From Gammaproteobacteria bacterium (GTDB lineage: Bacteria > Pseudomonadota > Gammaproteobacteria > UBA4575), in the NCBI GenBank assembly GCA_965205275.1, contig OZ242168.1, forward strand, positions 1,278,355 through 1,342,354: a DNA stretch of 64,000 nucleotides, written 5' to 3'. The translations under genes were made by a program, and so were the position numbers. Numbering within the stretch: the first letter of the stretch is position 1; every line of letters begins with the position of its first letter. The notes beneath the pieces are model-generated. The model worked only from the letters and a program-made list of their open reading frames with translations, had not been told where the DNA came from and searched no databases. Below are positions 1 to 9,926 of the stretch, one piece after another.

Positions 1-30
1 CTGTTTTTTTGCAACGGCATCCAAAAACCA

Positions 31-56
31 AAACCCGGCGTTATGCCGGGTTTTTA
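31..56 (-). terminator. Rho-independent terminator downstream of rplY (looks bidirectional)
   Basis: GC stem CCCGGC (34-39) / GCCGGG (45-50) with a short loop. An A-run lies upstream and a T-run downstream, so either strand reads hairpin plus U-tract. Confidence 0.55.
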
Positions 57-140
57 GATGTTTTTCATCTGGATTACCTAAGCCGGCGATCAGCCGTATG
101 CCGCTATGCGTAGACACAATGCACTAGAAATCATGGAGCA

Positions 141-815
141 TTAATTTCCTGTGGAATCATTGTCTTCTCCATCCTTGGCTTCGGTGTCCACAACATCTTC
201 CTGACCTTCTTCTTCCTCCTCCTCAGGCTTTTCTACAGCCCGCTTGGCAACTGACACTACGGTATGATCATGCCCTTCTCCATGTGCCAGTTCCACGATG
301 GTAACCCCTGCAGGTACTTTGATACCGCTTAAATGAATCGACTCATTCAGTTTAAGATCCTGAATATCGATTTCAATAAATTCGGGCAGATCTTTGGGCA
401 AACAGGTGACTTCCAGTTCCACAAAGTTATGACTGATCCCACCCCCTTCAAGCTTGACGCCGTGACAGGTATCTTCATTAATAAAGTGCAGTGGAACATG
501 CACATTAATTTGCGTGTCTTCACGTACGCGCAACAGGTCCAGATGTAAAATGGTAGGTTTATATGGATGACGCTGTAGTTCACGTAAGATCGCATTTTGG
601 GGTTTTCCGTCCACATCAATCTTCAGAACATGCGAATAGAATGCCTCGTTTTCCAGATTATGCATCAAGGCATCATGCTTAAAGGTCACCGCAGCAGGGG
701 CCTCCCCGCCTCCATAAATCACTCCAGGTACTTCGCCTGCTGCACGCAGTCTTCTGCTTGCATTTTTACCGCGTTCACTGCGAGGCTTGGCTGTTAATTT
801 AAAATCTAAACTCAT
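141..815 (-). CDS. rplY: 50S ribosomal protein L25 / general stress protein Ctc (long form with acidic C-terminal tail)
   Basis: The ORF 141..827 opens with TTG. An in-frame ATG at 815 has GGAGA 7 nt upstream and gives MSLDFKLTAKPRSERGKNASRRLR, a typical L25/Ctc N-terminus. The gene sits directly downstream of prs, as in many Proteobacteria. Confidence 0.9.
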   Translation of the reverse strand: MSLDFKLTAKPRSERGKNASRRLRAAGEVPGVIYGGGEAPAAVTFKHDALMHNLENEAFYSHVLKIDVDGKPQNAILRELQRHPYKPTILHLDLLRVREDTQINVHVPLHFINEDTCHGVKLEGGGISHNFVELEVTCLPKDLPEFIEIDIQDLKLNESIHLSGIKVPAGVTIVELAHGEGHDHTVVSVAKRAVEKPEEEEEEGQEDVVDTEAKDGEDNDSTGN

Positions 816-871
816 TATTTTCTCCAACTGTCTTTAAGACATTACTCTTGCCATCAGGTTACAGTACCTTT

Positions 872-1846
872 CTAGTCCATGTAGAGAGTGCTGACTGACT
901 CTTCCTGATTGATCCGCCGCATCGACTCGGCAATCAGTGCCGAGACTCCCAACTGGCGTATCCGGGCACTGGCCCTGGCGTCTTCGCGCAGCGCGATTGT
1001 ATCAGTTACAACCAGTTCATCTAACTCGGAGCACCCTATATTTTTAATTGCATTGCCAGAAAGAACCGGATGGGTAGCATAAGCCCGAACTGTCTTGGCC
1101 CCATGTTCCTTGAGGGCACTTGCCGCTTGACACAATGTGCCCGCAGTATCTACCAGATCGTCAATGATAATACAATCCTTACCTTCCACCTCACCGATAA
1201 TGTGCATCACCTTGGCTTGGTTTGCTTGAGGTCGACGCTTGTCAATAATGGCCAGATCAGAATCATCCAGCCGTTTAGCCAAGGCCCTGGCGCGCACCAC
1301 ACCGCCAACATCAGGGGACACGACAATCAAATTGGGATGCTTACGCTTGTAGATATCCCCTAGCAACACGGGTGAAGCATACACATTATCTACCGGTATA
1401 TCGAAAAACCCCTGAATCTGATCGGCATGCAAATCAACCGTAAGAACACGACTTGCTCCTACACTTGAAAGCAGGTTGGCAACCACTTTGGCAGATATCG
1501 GAACCCGTATTGAGCGAACACGCCGATCCTGGCGTGAATAGCCAAAATAAGGGATCACTGCGGTAATACGTTCTGCCGAAGAACGTCTCAAGGCATCCAC
1601 AATAATCAGCAGCTCCATAATATGGTCATTGGTCGGCATGCTTGTTGGCTGTACAATAAAAACATCCCTGCCACGTACATTTTCCTGTATTTCCACCTGT
1701 ACCTCACCATCACTGAAACGACTGATCAGCGCCTTTCCCAAAGGGATGTTCAAATAGTCGACCACATCCTGTGCAAGCTTTGGATGCGCATTCCCGGAAA
1801 ACACCATTAAATCGCTGTCTGCCGGTGAACCTCTTTCACGAATCAT
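872..1846 (-). CDS. prs: Ribose-phosphate pyrophosphokinase
   Basis: Motifs [19 protein letters not shown] and [11 protein letters not shown] (PRPP-binding loop). The true start may be the internal ATG at 1807 ([13 protein letters not shown]), which matches usual Prs N-termini. Confidence 0.93.
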   Translation of the reverse strand: MIRERGSPADSDLMVFSGNAHPKLAQDVVDYLNIPLGKALISRFSDGEVQVEIQENVRGRDVFIVQPTSMPTNDHIMELLIIVDALRRSSAERITAVIPYFGYSRQDRRVRSIRVPISAKVVANLLSSVGASRVLTVDLHADQIQGFFDIPVDNVYASPVLLGDIYKRKHPNLIVVSPDVGGVVRARALAKRLDDSDLAIIDKRRPQANQAKVMHIIGEVEGKDCIIIDDLVDTAGTLCQAASALKEHGAKTVRAYATHPVLSGNAIKNIGCSELDELVVTDTIALREDARASARIRQLGVSALIAESMRRINQEESVSTLYMD

Positions 1847-1884
1847 GTTTGTATGATGCCTTAGTGCTTAAATAAAAATGCAAT

Positions 1885-1959
1885 TGGCTGGGCCGGCAGG
1901 ATTCGAACCTGCGAATGCCGAGATCAAAACCCGGTGCCTTACCGCTTGGCGACGGCCCA
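1885..1959 (-). tRNA. tRNA-Gln (anticodon UUG), CCA encoded
   Basis: The reverse complement reads TGGGCCG-TC-GCCAAGCGGTAAGGCA-C-CGGG-TTTTGAT-CTCGG-CATTC-GCAGGTTCGAATCCTGC-CGGCCCA-G-CCA. It has a 7-bp acceptor stem, a GGTTCGAATCC T-loop and an anticodon loop TT-TTG-AT. It closely resembles E. coli tRNA-Gln as I recall it. Confidence 0.9.
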
Positions 1960-1975
1960 AATATTTCGTACCGAA

Positions 1976-2845
1976 CTATACTTGATTATACCCGCATAGC
2001 GAACATGCGGGTGAACGATTCATGCTTTTTGCCACAAAAACAGTGAAATCCACCGGACAATCTGCAGCAATGGTTTTGGCCTGTTGCCGAGACTTGCAGG
2101 GGGCAAACAGGCAGCTTCCTGACCCCGTGAGCCTGACATGTGAATACTGGCTTAACCATTGCCAGGCATGCTCCACTTCTGCTCGCTGGCGGGCAATCGG
2201 CTCAAATACGTTTTGTGTCTGCTGCAGCACAGAGTTGCAGGTCTGGATGGGTGTGCAATTCCGTACCAGGTCTGGGTCCGCAAACATTTGTCTGGTGTCC
2301 AGATGCACATGTGGAAACACTACAACATACCAAATTTCGGGAAAAATCATTGCTTGCAGCTGTTCGCCGATCCCTCCAACCCAACTGGCTTCGCCCCGTA
2401 CAAAAACCGGCACATCGGCACCAAGCTGTGCGCCCAGTATTTCGAGATCCTCTGTGCTCAGGTCACAACCCCAGATATGATTGAGTGCCAGCAATGTCGT
2501 GGCAGCATCTGAGCTGCCTCCACCGAGGCCTGCACCTGTCGGAATAATCTTTTTCAGATGGATATCAATGCCGTTTTGTATTGAACATTTGTGTTGCAAA
2601 AGCCTAGCGGCATGCACGGTCAGATCATCATAGTAGGAAATAGCGCGGTCGGTATTGACGCATCTGATCTGGCCATCGCTGCTAACCTTGAAGCTCAACT
2701 CATCACAAATATCGATAAACTGAATTGCACTTTGCAACAGATGGTAACCGTCTTGCCGACGACCAACGATGTGTAAAAAAAGATTAAGCTTTGCAGGGGC
2801 AAGCCACTTTCTAATGGCTCGACCCGCATCATGACTGGTATTCAA
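1976..2845 (-). CDS. ispE: 4-diphosphocytidyl-2-C-methyl-D-erythritol kinase
   Basis: GHMP-kinase motif PTGAGLGGGSSDAAT and N-terminal APAKLNLFLHIVGRR. The lolB-ispE-tRNA-prs order is conserved. Confidence 0.92.
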   Translation of the reverse strand: MNTSHDAGRAIRKWLAPAKLNLFLHIVGRRQDGYHLLQSAIQFIDICDELSFKVSSDGQIRCVNTDRAISYYDDLTVHAARLLQHKCSIQNGIDIHLKKIIPTGAGLGGGSSDAATTLLALNHIWGCDLSTEDLEILGAQLGADVPVFVRGEASWVGGIGEQLQAMIFPEIWYVVVFPHVHLDTRQMFADPDLVRNCTPIQTCNSVLQQTQNVFEPIARQRAEVEHAWQWLSQYSHVRLTGSGSCLFAPCKSRQQAKTIAADCPVDFTVFVAKSMNRSPACSLCGYNQV

Positions 2846-2878
2846 TATTGGCCTCTCAATCCGGCTTGACTTAACTGA

Positions 2879-3499
2879 TCAAGGCGAAGCAGCATCGAGA
2901 AACCATCTATCAATAATGATTTTTACATTCAACGTTGAGCTTGAAATTACAATAAATGCGGGCAAGGCAGGCTTGCCTTCATGGTACCGATCATAATCAA
3001 TGCTCCATCCTGCCTGCCTGAGATGTTTCAGGCGACCCCAAGCATCCAGTTCCAGCAATGCGTAGACTTGTCCTGGGTCCGGTACACCCCGTACCCAGTA
3101 ACGCAAACCATTTACAGGTAATGCATACCCAAACAGATCCTGCATCAGGGCTTCAGAATCTCGCGCAAAATAATGCTCCCCTCTGGAAGTATTTACTTGT
3201 ACATCGCCTTCCTTCCCGGAAATAACGGCTGTTTTTCTACCCAAAGGGCCGTACAAATCGATATTGAATACCTGCTGTTGCTGTTGCCAGCGCACTCCTG
3301 CACGGAATCCCTCGTTATTCGATTTTCCGGCAATCCGACCTTTCAAGCTCCACGTTTGAATCGTATCCAGATGTACACGATGGGTTGCCCATGCAGCCAG
3401 ACTGGCTGTCTTTGAAAGGGGTGCGGGGGGACGTTCATGAACCGTTGTGCATGCAGTCAGGGCAAACAGGATAATACAGAGAATACCAGACTGCCGCAT
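2879..3499 (-). CDS. lolB: Outer-membrane lipoprotein LolB
   Basis: The internal start MRQSGILCIILFALTAC gives a signal peptide plus lipobox (LTAC). Size and position upstream of ispE fit LolB. The longer ORF to 3556 would overlap the upstream TPR gene. Confidence 0.8.
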   Translation of the reverse strand: MRQSGILCIILFALTACTTVHERPPAPLSKTASLAAWATHRVHLDTIQTWSLKGRIAGKSNNEGFRAGVRWQQQQQVFNIDLYGPLGRKTAVISGKEGDVQVNTSRGEHYFARDSEALMQDLFGYALPVNGLRYWVRGVPDPGQVYALLELDAWGRLKHLRQAGWSIDYDRYHEGKPALPAFIVISSSTLNVKIIIDRWFLDAASP

Positions 3500-3512
3500 A
3501 CGAGAATGCACC

Positions 3513-5270
3513 TCACTGCTGGAATTTTCGTTGCAGTTCCAGCAGATACTCTTCATCCGGAAAACGTTCCAGTACCTCCTGCATCATCTGTTGTGCTCCC
3601 TGGTAATTTCCCCGAGCCCAAAACAACTCCACTAGGTGTCCGCCAATTTCAGCATCCTCAAGCAGCCGATACGCCTTGCGCAGATACAATTCCGCCTGTT
3701 CATAATTGCCCAGGCGAAACTGTACCCAGCCCATGCTATCGATGACTGCAGGGTCATCCGGGCGAATTTCAAGGGCACGTTTAATATATTGCAGAGCTTC
3801 ATCAATTCTGGAGTTACGGTCAGCCAGAGTGTATCCCAAGGCATTTAAAGCCGAGGCATTATCCGGGTCTTCAGAAAGGATTGCCTTCAGATCAGACTCC
3901 AGCAAATCAATACGATCTATTTCTTCAGCCAGTAATGCCCGTGCATACAATAAGTCACTATGGCCGGGAAACTTCCGCAAGCCTTCGCTGTAAAGATCCA
4001 TTGCCACGGTATAGAGCTTCTGATCGTACAGCAACTGTCCTTCAATTAAATACACTTCAACGATATCTTCTGGAGAGTCCAAATGACTGCGCAGTTCCCC
4101 TAAATACCGCTGTGCCTTTTCCAGGCCGCCAAGCTCAACATATATGGATGCAATCCGGGCCTTGGCATCCAGGTAATACTGCCTTTTTTCAACTTTTTCA
4201 AATTCGGAAACGGCAGTCTGAAAGTCTTTCTGTTCCTCGGCCACCCGCCCTAGGTAATAATGCCCTTCGTCTTTACGCTGATTGTGCTGAACCAGGCGGC
4301 TAAAGTTAATTTTGGCGGCATCGTATTGTTCCTGCTGCAAATGTAAAAGCCCAAGGGTATAGATCAAGTCACTGTCGTTGGGGGTTTCTGCATACAGTAA
4401 CTCGAATTCGGCCTCGGCCTCCTCATATCTTTGTGCAGTGAGCAGCATGCGTGCATACGACATGCGCATTTCACGATTCCCGGGGGCTTTCTCGATGATA
4501 AGCTTCATCTCCTGAAGGGCTCTATCGGTTTCCTCAAGCTCCATTAAAGCCTGAGCACGCATAACGCGCGCTTCTATCAGGTCCGGCTTAAACTGCAGGG
4601 CAAGCTCACTTTCATTGATTGTGCGCGGATAATCTCTGGCCTGAAATGCAAGACCTGCCAGAGTAAGGTGTCCATATGGATTTTCAAAATACTTATTTAC
4701 CAGTTTCTCAAGCAGCAATATAGCCGATTCGGAATCAGGTTCACGGGTAAGTACTGCACCGATGATGCTGTAACCTTTTGCCGGAGAATCTTCTGCAGCC
4801 AGCATGATTTTTTCAAAATGCGGTACAGCCCTGTCAATATTGCCATTACGCAACTCAAGTACACCAAGAATTTGGCTTAACTGCAGAGTGTCGCCTGTCA
4901 GTTCAGACCAGCGGTTCGCAGCCCGCAGGCCCGCCTCCCAGTCCTTGGCCACCATAGCAATGCGGGTAGCCCGTTCAGCCACTTCTGGGTCATTGCTGAG
5001 GTGGGCTGCACGAACGTAGTGCTCCAGTGCCTGATTGATGTCGTCGAACTGCCCCGACAACTCACCCAGCAGGATTTCATACACCAGGTCAGAGTGGGCA
5101 CTGTACTCGAATGCAGATACCTGACTGATAGCCAGTGATTGGTTCGGGTCTGCCAACCTCTTTGCCTCTATGCTGCCAGAAGGCAGGGAGGTGCAGCCAG
5201 ACAGCTTGAAACCAGCCATGAGTACCAGCAGTAAACAAAGAGCCTGCAGAATTGTGAGATTAATCTTCAA
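3513..5270 (-). CDS. TPR-repeat lipoprotein (function unknown)
   Basis: N-terminus MKINLTILQALCLLLVLMAGFKLSGC carries the lipobox LSGC. Repeated TPR-like A/Y/L patterns run along its 585 aa. A TPR gene upstream of lolB is common in Gammaproteobacteria. Confidence 0.8.
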   Translation of the reverse strand: MKINLTILQALCLLLVLMAGFKLSGCTSLPSGSIEAKRLADPNQSLAISQVSAFEYSAHSDLVYEILLGELSGQFDDINQALEHYVRAAHLSNDPEVAERATRIAMVAKDWEAGLRAANRWSELTGDTLQLSQILGVLELRNGNIDRAVPHFEKIMLAAEDSPAKGYSIIGAVLTREPDSESAILLLEKLVNKYFENPYGHLTLAGLAFQARDYPRTINESELALQFKPDLIEARVMRAQALMELEETDRALQEMKLIIEKAPGNREMRMSYARMLLTAQRYEEAEAEFELLYAETPNDSDLIYTLGLLHLQQEQYDAAKINFSRLVQHNQRKDEGHYYLGRVAEEQKDFQTAVSEFEKVEKRQYYLDAKARIASIYVELGGLEKAQRYLGELRSHLDSPEDIVEVYLIEGQLLYDQKLYTVAMDLYSEGLRKFPGHSDLLYARALLAEEIDRIDLLESDLKAILSEDPDNASALNALGYTLADRNSRIDEALQYIKRALEIRPDDPAVIDSMGWVQFRLGNYEQAELYLRKAYRLLEDAEIGGHLVELFWARGNYQGAQQMMQEVLERFPDEEYLLELQRKFQQ

Positions 5271-5311
5271 TATACTGCGTTGAGCTAATAGCTCAATTAG
5301 ACTATACCTAA

Positions 5312-5404
5312 TATTACCATATCAACGCAGCACTTCACGCGAACGTGTTGTTCCAGAAAAATGTGGATTACATCGTGCACGATGGACAAATTATCATTGT
5401 CGAC
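5312..5404 (+). pseudogene. 31-codon relic of a secA-like gene, cut off at the IS end
   Basis: The frame reads [31 protein letters not shown]. This matches the conserved SecA segment (...HH[IV]N.ALRAH.LF.[RK]DVDYIV.DGE[IV]IIVDEHTGR) as I recall it. A stop lies immediately upstream, and similarity ends exactly at 5404, where TG of the putative IS terminus begins. Confidence 0.6.
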
Positions 5405-5493
5405 TGTATCCCGTCAAAGAACATGAGGCCAAACTAAGCTAAATAACAAGAGAGACTTCTGTTAATTTAACGATACCCAACAGGAATCTGAGC

Positions 5494-5740
5494 ATGAGTA
5501 AATACGATTCAGAGAAGGTCGTCAAAGATATTCGTCGTAACCCCCGCAGGAAGTATTCCGCTGAAGAGAAAATCCGTATTGTTTTAGATGGTCTTCGAGG
5601 GGAAGACAGCATCGCCGAACTGTGCCGTCGGGAAGGGATTAATCAAAACGTGTATTACCGCTGGAGCAAGGAGTTCCTGGAAGCCGGGAAACAACGCCTG
5701 GCCGATGATACCAAACGGGATGCCACCGTCACGGAAGTCA
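5494..5740 (+). pseudogene. IS3-family orfA, 5' part (broken at 5740/5741)
   Basis: Typical IS3 OrfA N-terminus up to ...DDTKRDATVTEV. After that the reading frame runs into antisense IS5-like sequence. Confidence 0.75.
5640..5740 (+). repeat. Direct repeat copy 1 (101 bp, identical by eye to 6048..6148)
   Basis: TAATCAAAACGTGTATTACCGCTGGAGCAAGG...CACGGAAGTCA was compared base by base with the second copy. Confidence 0.9.
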
Positions 5741-6047
5741 TCGCCTCGAGTTTGATGCGCACGATCTGTTCTCGCTGCAGATGCTCGAATACTCGGTCGA
5801 GCACTCCGTTCTTCGACCAACGGTTCATTCGGGTATAGATGGTGTGCCAGTTGCCAAACCGTGTAGGTAACCCTGAACCATTTGCAGCCCTGTTCGGCGA
5901 CATACAGTATGGCGTTGAGTACTTGGCTCGAAAGGCTGACGTTGCCGCGCTGCACCGGGAGATGTAGCGCGATGCGTTCGTATTGGGCTTGGGTCAGTTC
6001 CATCCTTGGAGGATACCATAACTGTGCCCATTAGTGTTAACACGCCC
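5741..6047 (-). pseudogene. IS5-family (DUF4096-type N-terminus) transposase fragment with one terminus, frameshifted and 3'-truncated
   Basis: The minus strand reads MELTQAQYERIALHLPVQRGNVSLSSQVLNAILYVAEQGCKW. It then shifts frame to GLPTRFGNWHTIYTRMNRWSKNGVLDRVFEHLQREQIVRIKLEA. Only about 87 codons remain, preceded by a 44-bp end (6004..6047). Confidence 0.65.
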
Positions 6048-6148
6048 TAATCAAAACGTGTATTACCGCTGGAGCAAGGAGTTCCTGGAAGCCGGGAAAC
6101 AACGCCTGGCCGATGATACCAAACGGGATGCCACCGTCACGGAAGTCA
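6048..6148 (+). repeat. Direct repeat copy 2 (101 bp)
   Basis: Identical to 5640..5740. It begins immediately at the IS5-fragment terminus with TAA. Confidence 0.9.
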
Positions 6149-6550
6149 CTGGCCTTAGAAAAGAGAACGACCCGTTGAAGCGCCTGCTGGCTGAGTTGAT
6201 GCTGAAGAATAACGTGCTTGAAAAAAGTGTACTTGGCTCGGACTCGACCTGGGAAGACGAATGAGTTTGTCTGCTGGTGAGAAACTGGAAATCATTCGTA
6301 TAGTGGAAGAATCCGAACTCTCGGTGCGCCGGACATTACGTGAAGATGATCAAGCAAGCAACATTACAACAGCGGAGGAAGGAAAATCTGGCAATGACTG
6401 TCTGTCATTAAACAGATGCTATAATTGGAATGTCTCGCTTAACTTTTAGAGCACTTTGTCCCAAATCTTTTGACGACTTACAGACCTACTACACCATGTC
6501 TGCCCTCCGACCTGCCCGACCCATATTTGCAATGTATACTGCCTATCTTC

Positions 6551-7828
6551 ATGTCCTTACTTACACTCGGCATTAACCATACCACCGCACCTGTTCAGGT
6601 GCGGGAACTTGTAGCCATCAGTAACGAGAATCTGGAGACAGCACTGCAAAAACTGATCGCGGTTCCACAAGTGGACGAAGCCCTTATCATCTCGACCTGT
6701 AACAGAACCGAGTTGTATTGCAAGGTGACCCACATCCAAGAAGGCAGGAAGGGGATCCTGAACTGGTTAAATACCTTTCATAATTTGAGTTCCAATCATA
6801 CAGCATCGTACCTGTATGACTATTATGACCAATCCGCAGTACACCATATATTTCGCGTGGCATGCGGGCTGGACTCAATGGTGCTTGGCGAGCCACAGAT
6901 TCTGGGGCAATTGAAATCTGCCTACCAGGATGCCTCTAGGGCAGGCACGCTCGGCAGAAATCTTAACCAGCTTTTTCAACATGCCTTTAGCGTCGCCAAA
7001 AAAGTTCGCACGAATACAAAAATTGGAGCAAACCCTATATCGGTGGCATCGGCTGCAGTTTCATTATCGAAAAAAATATTTGGGGAATTAATACACCATT
7101 CTGCATTGCTGATTGGTGCCGGTGAGACTATTGAGCTTGCTGCTGAGCATCTAAAGGCAACCGGGATACACAAAATTACCGTTGCAAATCGCAGTATTGA
7201 ACGTGCACAGAGCATTGCCGACCGGGTGGGCGGACGTGGAGTAGGACTGGACTCAGTAAATGATGTCCTGCCTGAATCTGAAATTGTAATTACTGCTACG
7301 GCCAGCACACTGCCTATACTCGGCAAGGGACTTGTGGAACGTGCCTTGAAAACACGTAAACACAAACCCATTTTTATGGTCGACCTTGCTGTGCCCAGAG
7401 ATATCGAACCGGAAGTGGCCGAGCTTCCCGATATTTATCTGTATACCGTCGACGATCTGCACGACGTCATTGAACACAACCTGCACTCCCGCAAAAAAGC
7501 GGTCACGATAGCTGAAAAAATAATCGCAAGAGAGGTGGAAAAATTTTTCCTATGGCAACATGGACAGAGTGCTGTAGATACGGTACGTGCATTTCGCAAC
7601 AAGGCCGAACTACAACGTGACGATGTACTGGGAAAGGCAAAAAAAATGCTGGAACAGGGGAAGTCGATAGACGAGACTCTGCATTATCTGGCGTATACAT
7701 TAACCAACAAATTTACACATGACCCTACTGAGGCCCTGAATCTGGCGGCCAAGCAGGAAAAAAATGAGTTGATCGATGCGGCACGAATACTGTTAAATAT
7801 CCCGTCCGAGGACACAAATGACTTCTAA
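6551..7828 (+). CDS. hemA: Glutamyl-tRNA reductase
   Basis: The ATG at 6551 gives MSLLTLGINHTTAPVQVRE. Catalytic motif ISTCNRTELY and NADPH motif LLIGAGETIE are present. The ORF extension back to TTG 6470 is unlikely. hemA-prfA-prmC synteny is conserved. Confidence 0.93.
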   Translation: MSLLTLGINHTTAPVQVRELVAISNENLETALQKLIAVPQVDEALIISTCNRTELYCKVTHIQEGRKGILNWLNTFHNLSSNHTASYLYDYYDQSAVHHIFRVACGLDSMVLGEPQILGQLKSAYQDASRAGTLGRNLNQLFQHAFSVAKKVRTNTKIGANPISVASAAVSLSKKIFGELIHHSALLIGAGETIELAAEHLKATGIHKITVANRSIERAQSIADRVGGRGVGLDSVNDVLPESEIVITATASTLPILGKGLVERALKTRKHKPIFMVDLAVPRDIEPEVAELPDIYLYTVDDLHDVIEHNLHSRKKAVTIAEKIIAREVEKFFLWQHGQSAVDTVRAFRNKAELQRDDVLGKAKKMLEQGKSIDETLHYLAYTLTNKFTHDPTEALNLAAKQEKNELIDAARILLNIPSEDTNDF

Positions 7829-7964
7829 GCCAGCCTTGCATAGCCCACGCAGTATTGACGAGATGCAGCCCGTACAGTTTCACTGGCTTTAACAAGTACC
7901 AATAAGGTACCTGCCCTCTTTGGGCCGGGTGCAGCCGTCAATTTTCATACACTCACCCTATATC

Positions 7965-9050
7965 ATGAAAGATTCAATTGTTCATAAGCTCGAGACCACT
8001 AGGGAGCGGTATGAAGAAATTTCTACGGAGCTTTCTAGTATAGAGGTCACCAGCAATCAGGGTAAGTTTACAGCACTTTCAAAGGAGTATGCGCAACTGG
8101 AACCTATTGTAAAAAAATTCAATGCATACCAGAGCGTCATCAAGGACCACGCTTCTGCGCGGAAGCTTTTAGGCGATCAGGATGAGAATCTGAGAACGAT
8201 GGCCCTAGAGGAAATTGAAACCACTGAACAGCGCATCAAGCAACTCGAAGGTGAACTGCAAACGTTACTGTTACCTAAAGACCCGCATGATCAAAACAAT
8301 GTGTTTCTTGAGATTCGTGCCGGCACTGGGGGAGATGAGGCAGCGATTTTTGCCGGTGACCTGTTTCGCATGTATTCCCGTTATGCAGAAGGTAAAAAAT
8401 GGAAAATGGAAGTGATCAATAAAAGTGAAGGTGATCACGGAGGGTACAAGGAAATCGTTGCTAAAATTTCAGGTGCTGATGCATATTCGAATTTGAAGTT
8501 TGAATCAGGTGCACATCGAGTACAACGTGTTCCCGCAACTGAATCACAGGGACGTATACATACCTCTGCGGCCACGATTGCGGTCATGCCGGAGGTGAGC
8601 GAAATCGATGACGTGAAAATTGATACTGCAGACTTGCGTGTCGATGTATTTCGGGCCTCTGGCGCGGGAGGACAACATGTTAACAAGACAGACTCCGCCG
8701 TCCGCATTACACACCTGCCCACCGGTATTGTCGTGGAATGCCAAGATGAACGGTCACAACACAAGAATCGCGCACGTGCCATGTCATTACTCAGTGCCCG
8801 GCTGCTGGATCAGGAGCGAAAAAAACAATTCGACGAACAGGCTGAAACCCGTCGCAGTCTGGTTGGAAGCGGTGACCGCTCAGAACGCATTCGCACCTAT
8901 AATTTCCCGCAAGGTCGCATCACTGATCACCGGATCAATTTAACCCTGTATAAGCTGGATGAAATGATGCAAGGCAGTATAGACCAGATCATCCAGCCTT
9001 TGCGTAATGAATATCAGGCTGATTTGCTCGTCTCCATGAGTGAGCAGTAA
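7965..9050 (+). CDS. prfA: Peptide chain release factor 1
   Basis: GGQ motif [19 protein letters not shown] and the RF1-type PAT tripeptide ([14 protein letters not shown]). The ATG at 7965 gives [10 protein letters not shown]. Confidence 0.95.
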   Translation: MKDSIVHKLETTRERYEEISTELSSIEVTSNQGKFTALSKEYAQLEPIVKKFNAYQSVIKDHASARKLLGDQDENLRTMALEEIETTEQRIKQLEGELQTLLLPKDPHDQNNVFLEIRAGTGGDEAAIFAGDLFRMYSRYAEGKKWKMEVINKSEGDHGGYKEIVAKISGADAYSNLKFESGAHRVQRVPATESQGRIHTSAATIAVMPEVSEIDDVKIDTADLRVDVFRASGAGGQHVNKTDSAVRITHLPTGIVVECQDERSQHKNRARAMSLLSARLLDQERKKQFDEQAETRRSLVGSGDRSERIRTYNFPQGRITDHRINLTLYKLDEMMQGSIDQIIQPLRNEYQADLLVSMSEQ

Positions 9051-9065
9051 CCGGTACCTTTAAAG

Positions 9066-9905
9066 ATGACACTTCAGCAGGCAGTTGATTATGCAGCGAC
9101 AAAACTTGTCCTGGTCAGCGATAACCCAAGACTTGATGCACAGCTTCTTGTCTGTCATGCATGCGGCATTGAACAAACCAGACTGTTTGCCCATCCCGAT
9201 GTCAAGTTATCCTGCAAGGAAGAAACAGTATTCAAATGCTGTTTTTCCAGCAGGCTACAGGGTGAACCCTTTGCATACATTACCGGCACAAAGGAATTCT
9301 GGTCACTGGATTTTATTGTCAACAAACATGTACTGATCCCCCGCCCCGAAACCGAACTGCTTGTTGAAGTTGTATTACGCTCGATCCCTGACCAAAAGGG
9401 ACTGCAGGTACTGGACCTGGGAACCGGATCAGGGGCCATTGCCGTGGCTATTGCCAAGGAACGAAGCCATTGCAGGGTGGTGGCGACTGATATATCTGAA
9501 GCCGCTTTAGAGGTGGCAAAACTGAATGCAGCCCGGCATGGCGTTGAAATTGTTTTTATCCACAGCGACTGGTATGGGAACCTGGGCTGCGACAGGTACG
9601 ATGCAATTGTTTCTAATCCTCCCTATATCGCAGAAGGTGACCCAAACCTTGATGATTGCGTCATCCAGCATGAGCCGCATCAGGCACTGATAAGCGGGAG
9701 GAACGGACTACAGGATATAGAGTTGATTGTAAGCCAGGCTGGCCAATACCTGAACCGGCAGGGATGTGTGATGATTGAACACGGCTTTCAGCAGGGAACA
9801 GATACCCGACAATTATTCCAACAAAACAAATTCATACAGATACAGACCCACCAGGATTTATCGGGTCAGGACCGTGTTAGCTGTGCACGTTTAACCGGTG
9901 ACTGA
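9066..9905 (+). CDS. prmC: Release-factor glutamine N5-methyltransferase
   Basis: SAM motif VLDLGTGSGAIA and NPPY motif (VSNPPYI). It lies immediately downstream of prfA. Confidence 0.92.
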   Translation: MTLQQAVDYAATKLVLVSDNPRLDAQLLVCHACGIEQTRLFAHPDVKLSCKEETVFKCCFSSRLQGEPFAYITGTKEFWSLDFIVNKHVLIPRPETELLVEVVLRSIPDQKGLQVLDLGTGSGAIAVAIAKERSHCRVVATDISEAALEVAKLNAARHGVEIVFIHSDWYGNLGCDRYDAIVSNPPYIAEGDPNLDDCVIQHEPHQALISGRNGLQDIELIVSQAGQYLNRQGCVMIEHGFQQGTDTRQLFQQNKFIQIQTHQDLSGQDRVSCARLTGD

Positions 9906-9926
9906 ATATTCAGAAAATGGTGGACG

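Larger units (their letters stand above)
5405..6340 (+). mobile_element. Degenerate IS3-family element: left end, orfA, and the first ~26 codons of orfB only. It is interrupted by an IS5-family fragment.
   Basis: orfA-type product MSKYDSEKVVKDIRRNPRRKYSAEEKIRIVLDGLRGEDSIAELCRREGINQNVYYRWSKEFLEAGKQRL...LRKENDPLKRLLAELMLKNNVLEKS (HTH plus leucine zipper). The orfB start MSLSAGEKLEIIRIVEESELSVRRTL overlaps the orfA stop (ATGA). There is no rve/DDE domain, and similarity stops near 6340. Confidence 0.75.

Noticed and set aside
2022-2512. Three nested plus-strand ORFs (114-152 aa)
   Set aside because: They are antisense shadow frames of ispE, which has the GHMP kinase motif on the minus strand.
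5584-6003. 139-aa minus-strand ORF listed as if it were one gene
   Set aside because: Only its first roughly 43 codons are transposase-like. After a frameshift it reads out of frame and then runs antisense through the IS3 orfA. It is treated as part of an IS5-family pseudogene fragment.
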